Shown here piece by piece: positions 53,739 through 59,400 of a DNA stretch of 59,400 bases (the first letter of the stretch is position 1; every line of letters starts with the position of its first letter). Location of the stretch: assembly GCA_944331805.1 (NCBI GenBank), contig CALVIS010000001.1:1-59400 (forward strand). Reading direction: 5' to 3'. A program made the position numbers and the translations under genes. Under the pieces are notes generated by a model, which saw only the letters and a program-made list of their open reading frames with translations, was not told where the DNA came from and ran no database searches. This DNA is from an uncultured Bacilli bacterium. GTDB taxonomy: Bacteria > Bacillota_I > Bacilli_A > RF39 > UBA660.

Positions 53739-54320
53739 ATGAAAAGTATTATAAATAAAGAAATATATGAAATAACTATTAAAAATTCTAAATTTATAGG
53801 AGTTATTATACCTATAGAATCTCTTGATGATGTTAAAGATAATTTAACTAAACTTAAAGAAGAATATAAGAATGCTACTCACTACTGTTATGCTTTTAAA
53901 CTAATTAATGATAAAGGATTTAGTGATGATGGAGAGCCTAATAAAACAGCAGGTATACCTATTCTAAATGTTATTGAAGGCAATGATTTAGTAAATGTTT
54001 TAGTTGTAGTAATAAGATACTTTGGAGGTATTAAATTAGGACCAGGAGGTCTTATTAGAGCCTATTCTAATACTTGTAAAGAAGTTATTAATAAATCTAC
54101 TTTAATAGAGTTAATTAAAGGAATGGAAGCATCTATTACTTTTAATTATTCTAAAGAAAAAGAAATTAACTATTTACTTAAAGATAGTATTATTAAAAAT
54201 AAATTATACGAAGAAAACTGTACTTATATAATAGAGACTACTAAAGAGGTATTAGATAGTATCTCTAACTCAGTAACAATAAACTATAAACATGAAAAAA
54301 TAATTCCTAAACATAATTAG
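53739..54320 (+). CDS. yigZ: YigZ/IMPACT-family protein (UPF0029)
   Basis: IKNSKFIGVIIPI, ATHYCYAFKL, DDGEPNKTAGIPIL, VVVIRYFGGIKLGPGGLIRAYS. The ATG at 53739 follows the RBS AGAAAGGAA. Confidence 0.85.
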   Translation: MKSIINKEIYEITIKNSKFIGVIIPIESLDDVKDNLTKLKEEYKNATHYCYAFKLINDKGFSDDGEPNKTAGIPILNVIEGNDLVNVLVVVIRYFGGIKLGPGGLIRAYSNTCKEVINKSTLIELIKGMEASITFNYSKEKEINYLLKDSIIKNKLYEENCTYIIETTKEVLDSISNSVTINYKHEKIIPKHN

Positions 54321-55696
54321 GAATTATTTTCGTTAAAGAATTCTTTATTATTATTTTTTATTATATTAATATTATTACTACTAGTCTTAATAGTAACTTT
54401 ATATTCATTTAACCTATCATAATTATAGATCTTACCATCTTTAATATCATTACTTATTATATCTAATATATCTTTAAAACTAACTTCATTAGGGCTTTCT
54501 TTATATACTAATAAGTTATTATTATGTACTTCTATCTCTATATTATTATTTATTAAGTAATCATAATAAGTAACATCTACCTCTATTTCATCTGTTAAGG
54601 TATCATCTACTACATAATCTATATCATTATGATAATATCCTATAGTTTTAAAATCACTTGTCATAGGAAGTGTTTCCGTAATTTCTTTAGTCTTTACATC
54701 TTTAGGTAGACTATCTACATAAGTAATAGAGAAGAACTCGAAAGCAAAGATAATAGATCCTATAATAATTATTATTAGAGATATAAGTAGTGTAAGCATT
54801 ACTCTTTTATAGTTATTCTTATGATTAATAACAAAATTAAGTGGTACTTCAAAACATAATGAAGTAATAATAAGTCCTGCTATTGTCCATAAAAGTATTC
54901 CTATTAAAGGAAGTCCTTTAAAGACAAATAACACTTCAAAACCTAACATTACGGCAAGTACTACAATACAAATTAGGGGAGCGAAAAGAAATAATACTAC
55001 AAAGAACTTAATTATATAAATAATTATCTTAGCAAGTGTTCTTGTTAAAGAATTACTACCAGTATTATCTTTAATAATAACTTCCCCCACTTCTTCTACT
55101 CTTTTCTCTTTTTCTTTTACTACAATCTCTTTGCTAGTTTCTTCTTTAATTTTAATTCTATCTAAGTATTTAATTTTTAATACATAGATAAATACTACTA
55201 TAGCAAATACACTATATAAGATATCTACTATTAAACAAAATATAGTATCTAAAGTAGGACCAACATATGCAATATCATATAAAAGACCATCTCCTATTAG
55301 ATTCTCTATAATATCTTTAGGTATAGTCCCTATTAAAATAATAATTATTAAAAGAAATACTGTTACTAAAAACTCTATTATCTCTTTAAAGCTCATACTC
55401 TCAAATAGACATACTATCTTTTTCATTAAAGTATTAAACTTATCTAATAAATCTTTAGTATTAATAGTAGTCTCTTTATCTTGTTTTTTCTCATCTAAAA
55501 CATCTCCATTTACTAAGGTATCCATATCTACATTAAATATCTTACAAATAGAAATTAATTTATCCATCTCTGGATAACTCGCTCCACTTTCCCATTTAGA
55601 TACAGATTGTCTTGTAACATCTAATTTTTCAGCTAATGCTTCTTGAGACATATTTTCTCTTTTTCTTAACTTTTGCAAATTACTAGCAAAATTCAT
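54317..55696 (-). CDS. membrane-anchored XRE-family HTH protein
   Basis: N-terminal HTH_3 (LQKLRKRENMSQEALAEKLDVTRQSVSKWESG), several TM helices, and a C-terminal extracytoplasmic domain. The ATG at 55696 follows the RBS GAGGTGAG. Confidence 0.7.
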   Translation of the reverse strand: MNFASNLQKLRKRENMSQEALAEKLDVTRQSVSKWESGASYPEMDKLISICKIFNVDMDTLVNGDVLDEKKQDKETTINTKDLLDKFNTLMKKIVCLFESMSFKEIIEFLVTVFLLIIIILIGTIPKDIIENLIGDGLLYDIAYVGPTLDTIFCLIVDILYSVFAIVVFIYVLKIKYLDRIKIKEETSKEIVVKEKEKRVEEVGEVIIKDNTGSNSLTRTLAKIIIYIIKFFVVLFLFAPLICIVVLAVMLGFEVLFVFKGLPLIGILLWTIAGLIITSLCFEVPLNFVINHKNNYKRVMLTLLISLIIIIIGSIIFAFEFFSITYVDSLPKDVKTKEITETLPMTSDFKTIGYYHNDIDYVVDDTLTDEIEVDVTYYDYLINNNIEIEVHNNNLLVYKESPNEVSFKDILDIISNDIKDGKIYNYDRLNEYKVTIKTSSNNINIIKNNNKEFFNENNS

Positions 55697-55728
55697 TTTT
55701 CTCACCTCTGTTTAGAATTTATCAAAAA

Positions 55729-55779
55729 ATTTGGTTGCGGCCTACCAATTTTTAGTTAATTTATGTAAATTTTTGGTTG
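55729..55779. promoter_or_regulatory. direct repeat TTTGGTTGC x2 upstream of the HTH-membrane gene
   Basis: Copies at 55729-55737 and 55771-55779, 42 nt apart. The first is part of the small hairpin TTGGT-N7-ACCAA. Confidence 0.3.
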
Positions 55780-55785
55780 CATTAA

Positions 55786-55810
55786 AGAAAAAAGACTAGT
55801 TTTTACTAGT
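55786..55810 (-). terminator. rho-independent terminator of trxA
   Basis: Minus strand reads GACTAGT-AAAA-ACTAGTC followed by TTTTTT. It overlaps the trxA stop. Confidence 0.65.
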
Positions 55811-56111
55811 CCCTTGGTAACCAAGATACTATTTCATCTAGATTATGGTAACCTACTTCTTTTTTTACTAAAGTTCCATTTCTATAAACTTCTATAGTAG
55901 GTACACTCATAATACCATGAGCTCTTGTTAAGTCATCAAACTGATCAATATCTACTTTTACTACTTTTATTCTTGGAAACTTCTCGGCTATTTCTTCTAA
56001 TACTGGACTTAACATCTTACAAGGTCCACACCAAGTAGCAAAGAAATCTACTAAGACATCTCCTTCTTTAATTAATTTTTCAAAATCACTAACATTTTCT
56101 AAATAATTCAT
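55806..56111 (-). CDS. trxA: thioredoxin
   Basis: 101 aa with VDFFATWCGPCKMLSP active site. Confidence 0.93.
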   Translation of the reverse strand: MNYLENVSDFEKLIKEGDVLVDFFATWCGPCKMLSPVLEEIAEKFPRIKVVKVDIDQFDDLTRAHGIMSVPTIEVYRNGTLVKKEVGYHNLDEIVSWLPRD

Positions 56112-56113
56112 AA

Positions 56114-56827
56114 CTATTCCTCCCTATATTTATCTATTACACTATCAAGGCCTGATATTTCATCTAGTTTACCAGTAGATTTAACATCATCCATAAAATC
56201 AGTTGTAACTACATCATATTTTAACATAATATCAATTACTTTTAAATCATTAGTATTTCTATCATCTTTACTAGATAAGCTAAGTACATCTTCAATAGCA
56301 TAGTTTAAACCACCAATTGAATCTTTAAGTACTGGTGTATCATTAACAATAAACTGTCTAACACCTGAAGACATAAATAGTTCACTTCCACTCATAGGTA
56401 TAGCGACTACATTTAATATTATAAACATTAGTATATAACCTTCTAATAGTCCTACAATAAATCCTAATAGTTTATTAGGTAAAGCTAATATTATAGTAGC
56501 ATTAATAATTTTATTAAATATTCCTGTAACATCAACTAATATTTGAAGTATTAATCTAAATAAAATTACTAATATTAAAAATGCTATTAATTGATAGAAT
56601 ATAATATTTAAGCTTACTAAATTACCTAAAGGTATTCTAAAATTAAAGAATGGTAAGTTTTGACAGAAAAGAGATGCTACTACATCTTTTAATAAAAATG
56701 ATAATACAAATACTACTATTGTCCCTACAATTATAACAATTTCTTTAAGTATTCCCCTTCTACTTCCAATAACACCACAGGCTAGTATTAGAAGAATGAT
56801 AATAACACTAAATATATTTGGGCTCAT
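56114..56827 (-). CDS. cvpA: CvpA-family membrane protein
   Basis: 237 aa with 4 TM helices at the N-terminus and a soluble tail. Located next to rnhC, as in Bacillus. Confidence 0.6.
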   Translation of the reverse strand: MSPNIFSVIIILLILACGVIGSRRGILKEIVIIVGTIVVFVLSFLLKDVVASLFCQNLPFFNFRIPLGNLVSLNIIFYQLIAFLILVILFRLILQILVDVTGIFNKIINATIILALPNKLLGFIVGLLEGYILMFIILNVVAIPMSGSELFMSSGVRQFIVNDTPVLKDSIGGLNYAIEDVLSLSSKDDRNTNDLKVIDIMLKYDVVTTDFMDDVKSTGKLDEISGLDSVIDKYREE

Positions 56828-56904
56828 AAAACCACACTCCTTCTATATTTATTATAAACTATATTTTAAAACTATGCTATAATATTTTGTAAGAGGTGTA
56901 AAGT

Positions 56905-57816
56905 ATGAACGTTGTTATAAAAGTAAATGATGAAGTTAAACAAAAAATGATAGAGTATTATAAGGATAAAATGCGAGATAAAAAGATTCCTTATGTCGTC
57001 TTTCAAGCGAAAGATGAAGATACTGTTATTACGATGTATGAGTCTGGTAAAGTTATGTTTCAAGGGACTAGTGCTGATGTAGATGCAGCGATGTGGGGAA
57101 CTTTTCTATCTAACACAAAAGAAGAAAAAGAAAAACAAAAAGAAAAGGATTCTATATATCATAACTGTTCATCTGTTGGTAGTGATGAAGTCGGAACAGG
57201 AGATTATTTTGGTCCTATTGTTGTAACTGCAACATATGTAAGTAAAGAAAATGTAAAATACTTAGAAGATTTAGGAATAAGAGATTCTAAAAAACTAACT
57301 GATGATTTTATTTTAAAAGTAACCCCTGAACTTATTAAAAAGATTCCTTATCGTAGTTTAATTTTAACTAATAAAGAATATAATGAAAAATATAGTAAAG
57401 ATATTAATATGAACAAGATTAAAGCCATTATGCATAATAAAGTACTTTATCAGATAATGACAGAATTAAAACCAGAAGTTGATTATATTATTGTTGATGA
57501 ATTTGCAAGAGAAGCTAGATATTACGATTATATTAAAGATGTTCCTAATATTCAAAGAGGTATTACTTTTGTTCAAAAGGCAGAAGATAAGAATCTAGCA
57601 GTTGGAGCTGCCTCTATTATTAGTAGATATATATTTTTAAAAGAGTTTGATAAATTATGTGATGAAGTTTCTCTACCTCTTCCTAAAGGAGCAGGAAGTG
57701 AAGTTGATAAAGTTGGTGAAGAATTAGTTAATAAATATGGTGAAGAAAAGTTAAAAGATGTAGCAAAGTATAATTTTAGAAATACCCAAAGAATATTAAA
57801 GACTCTTATATTTTAA
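56905..57816 (+). CDS. rnhC: ribonuclease HIII
   Basis: N-terminal DUF3378-like domain (VVFQAKDEDTVITMYESGKVMFQG), then RNase HII/HIII core (GSDEVGTGDYFGPIVV, DSKKL). Confidence 0.9.
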   Translation: MNVVIKVNDEVKQKMIEYYKDKMRDKKIPYVVFQAKDEDTVITMYESGKVMFQGTSADVDAAMWGTFLSNTKEEKEKQKEKDSIYHNCSSVGSDEVGTGDYFGPIVVTATYVSKENVKYLEDLGIRDSKKLTDDFILKVTPELIKKIPYRSLILTNKEYNEKYSKDINMNKIKAIMHNKVLYQIMTELKPEVDYIIVDEFAREARYYDYIKDVPNIQRGITFVQKAEDKNLAVGAASIISRYIFLKEFDKLCDEVSLPLPKGAGSEVDKVGEELVNKYGEEKLKDVAKYNFRNTQRILKTLIF

Positions 57817-57818
57817 AA

Positions 57819-57856
57819 AAAGATAATGCATGGTAACTATCCTATACATTATCTTT
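57819..57856. terminator. bidirectional terminator
   Basis: AAGATAATG ... CATTATCTT stem flanked by an A-run and a T-run. Confidence 0.55.
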
Positions 57857-57857
57857 T

Positions 57858-58331
57858 TTATAAAGTTTTACCTTTTTGTTTCTTTAGTTCTTCTATCAAT
57901 AAATCAGTTGTTAATTCTCTTATATGTCCTTCCCCATTTATTTTCGATTCCATTAATAAGTTTCTATACTTCTTATTATTATAATAAAGAGGCTCTTCTG
58001 AATAAATTCCTACATTAAATAATTTATTATCACTTTCTAAATTACGAAAATAAGGCAACTTCTCTTCAACATACTCTATTTGTTCATCTGATAAATCTTT
58101 AGGTAAATATAAAATACATCCTGTAGTTTTATATGCTACTATCAAATTTTCCATAGAAATATATCCTCTACTAATTAACCCAGTAGCCGCTGCTTCATTA
58201 CTAGTAAGAGAAATAGGAATTTTAAACTTATCCGCAAACTCTTTATAACCTTCAAGATGTACTCTTAAAGGAATATATTTTTGTTTATAAATTTCAGTTC
58301 CATTTTCATCGATTATTTTTAGTAAATCCAT
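57858..58331 (-). CDS. hypothetical 157-aa protein, full-length copy of the gene flanking the Fic/Doc gene
   Basis: The ATG at 58331 follows the RBS GGAGGTG. Its C-terminal half (ILYLPKDLSDEQIEYVEE...EEPLYYNNKKYRNL...LIEELKKQK) is homologous to ORF 59032..59298. Confidence 0.55.
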   Translation of the reverse strand: MDLLKIIDENGTEIYKQKYIPLRVHLEGYKEFADKFKIPISLTSNEAAATGLISRGYISMENLIVAYKTTGCILYLPKDLSDEQIEYVEEKLPYFRNLESDNKLFNVGIYSEEPLYYNNKKYRNLLMESKINGEGHIRELTTDLLIEELKKQKGKTL

Positions 58332-58369
58332 TGTAAACAACACCTCCACAGAAATAAAACTCTAATAAC

Positions 58370-59026
58370 TTAATTTATTTCTAAACCAAATATACACTTA
58401 TCATATAGAAAAGAGATGATTTTGTCTTTGTTACCAGTATTGTAATATTCCGTTAATAGTCTATTAAATTCATTGATATCATCTTCTTTAATAGAAATAA
58501 TACCACAACCATTACTTATAAGGAGTTTATTAGCAACTATCATAGCAGTTCTTTTATTACCATCCCAAAATAGTTGGCTTCTCATTAGATAGAGCATAAG
58601 ATTCAAACTTCTTTTAGTAATATTTTCTTCTTTTAAAATAGTTTCTATATTAGTAATTACATCTTCTCTTTCTGGAATATCAGGAATATAATCTACTCCG
58701 TTTATACCAACTTTACCAGTCCTTAAAACACCCCACTCTAAAGATTCATTCCTTGATACAAAAAAATTTACTTTACATATAAAATCAAGAGTAGTATCAG
58801 CATCTATATTAGAACATGAAAAATTCCAAGCCTCCCTCAGATTTAAAATACAATTTATTTCATCTAATCTTAAACTAGGTACATTTACTCCTTCTAAAAC
58901 TTTCTTAGTATCTTCATAAGTTATATTAATTCCTTCAAGTCTAGCACTATTATAAATATTAGAAACTAACTCTTCTTTTGCCAAAAATAAATTTTGCTCT
59001 TTTCTTAAATGATATTTATCTTGCAT
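58370..59026 (-). CDS. Fic/Doc (Fido)-fold protein with non-canonical active-site loop
   Basis: Fic_N-like SARLEGINIT ([S/T]xxxE[G/N] motif), LRTGKVGINGVDYIPDIP, and the loop QLFWDGNKRTAM in place of HPFxDGNGRxxR (Fic) or HxFxDANKRTA (Doc). The ATG at 59026 or the GTG at 59035 could be the start. Confidence 0.7.
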   Translation of the reverse strand: MQDKYHLRKEQNLFLAKEELVSNIYNSARLEGINITYEDTKKVLEGVNVPSLRLDEINCILNLREAWNFSCSNIDADTTLDFICKVNFFVSRNESLEWGVLRTGKVGINGVDYIPDIPEREDVITNIETILKEENITKRSLNLMLYLMRSQLFWDGNKRTAMIVANKLLISNGCGIISIKEDDINEFNRLLTEYYNTGNKDKIISFLYDKCIFGLEIN

Positions 59027-59031
59027 ATAAA

Positions 59032-59331
59032 TCACTTCTTTTTAGATTCAATTATCTCTTTTTGCCTTGCAAGTTCTTCTTCTAAAAGCTCTGTAACTAA
59101 AGTTTCATTTTTCTTTTTTCCTTCTAAAATATCAATTTCGTCCTCAATATACAAATCTCTATATTTTTTATGATTATAATAAAGAGGTTCTTTAGAATAA
59201 ATTGCAATTTCAATATATTTATTTTTCTCTTCTTCTTTATAGAAGGCCAAAACATTCTCCAAATAATTAATTTGTTCCTTACTACAAATTTCTGGCAAAT
59301 ATAATAAATATCCTACTCTTAAATTTAATAA
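59032..59331 (-). pseudogene. 5'-truncated copy of the 57858..58331 gene
   Basis: Homology (RVGYLLYLPEICSKEQINYLEN vs TTGCILYLPKDLSDEQIEYVEE) extends upstream of the track's TTG start to an in-frame TAG at 59332-59334. The N-terminal ~70 aa of the paralogue are absent. Confidence 0.5.
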
Positions 59332-59400
59332 CTAATAAGCATACAGTGTATGGTTATTAGTCTAGGGTTTAATTCCCCGTTGCTTGCAACGTAAGGCCGA
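59323..59400. other. structured, relatively GC-rich element running off the window edge
   Basis: 13-bp imperfect hairpin CTAATAAGCATAC-AGT-GTATGGTTATTAG (59331-59359) and perfect palindrome CGTTGC-TT-GCAACG (59378-59391). It begins exactly where the truncated gene loses homology. Confidence 0.35.

Noticed and set aside
1-59400. Genetic code 4 (TGA = Trp), considered because of the Mollicute-like AT richness and the in-frame TGA at 11848.
   Set aside because: Long genes are intact under code 11 and Trp is encoded by TGG throughout. The two paralogues end in identical KKG residues followed by TAA in one and TGA in the other, so TGA acts as a stop.
1-59400. CRISPR arrays, rRNA or tRNA genes.
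   Set aside because: I saw no regularly spaced 25-40-nt direct repeats in any intergenic region, no GC-rich cloverleaf-like segments, and no long non-coding conserved-looking stretches. This was a by-eye scan only, so tRNAscan and Infernal should confirm it.
59299-59400. Group II intron end (domain V/VI) at the window edge.
   Set aside because: No AGC-containing 34-nt domain V-like hairpin, GUGYG 5' end or AY 3' end is recognisable. Too little sequence is present to decide.

Overview
Visibly AT-rich chromosomal window from a low-GC Firmicute-type genome. It uses the standard genetic code: two paralogues end in identical KKG residues followed by TAA in one and TGA in the other. spoIIM, spoIVB and a DUF1540 gene point to a spore-former. 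All calls come from reading the ORF track and DNA by eye; no searches were run.

Housekeeping genes form the backbone: lexA, polA, mutM, pyk, gmk, tmcAL, xerD, deoB, mnmA, spoIIM, spoIVB, xseA/xseB, nusB, mutS, rarA, holA, alaS, trxA, cvpA, rnhC, yigZ and an AI-2E transporter. I saw no rRNA, tRNA or CRISPR array.

Lineage-specific cassettes sit between these genes:
1. The best candidate for a new system is a translationally coupled two-gene cassette at 6286-8920, between mutM and pyk. It encodes a CobS/MoxR-type AAA+ ATPase and an uncharacterised 305-aa partner. The ATPase N-terminal domain looks like a nucleophile-less class-II glutamine amidotransferase fold.
2. A family of large Lys/Asn-rich helical proteins has three copies. 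Two sit in tandem upstream of a HExxH/EGFA metallopeptidase-like protein (22470-27402). One sits upstream of a 95-aa protein and a HipA-like kinase (42595-45073).
3. A Fic/Doc-fold gene has its catalytic His replaced by Gln. It is flanked by a full and a 5'-truncated copy of the same small gene (57858-59331). The truncation coincides with a structured element at the window edge.
4. An Rpn/PD-(D/E)XK-family gene is inactivated twice, by a 1006-bp IS with perfect 18-bp inverted repeats and by a frameshift in an A8 run.
5. An unannotated 52-aa membrane ORF lies divergent from lexA behind an SOS-box-like site.
6. The alaS leader carries GC-rich hairpins and no recognisable T-box.
7. Tandem paralogues precede mutS, and no mutL follows it.
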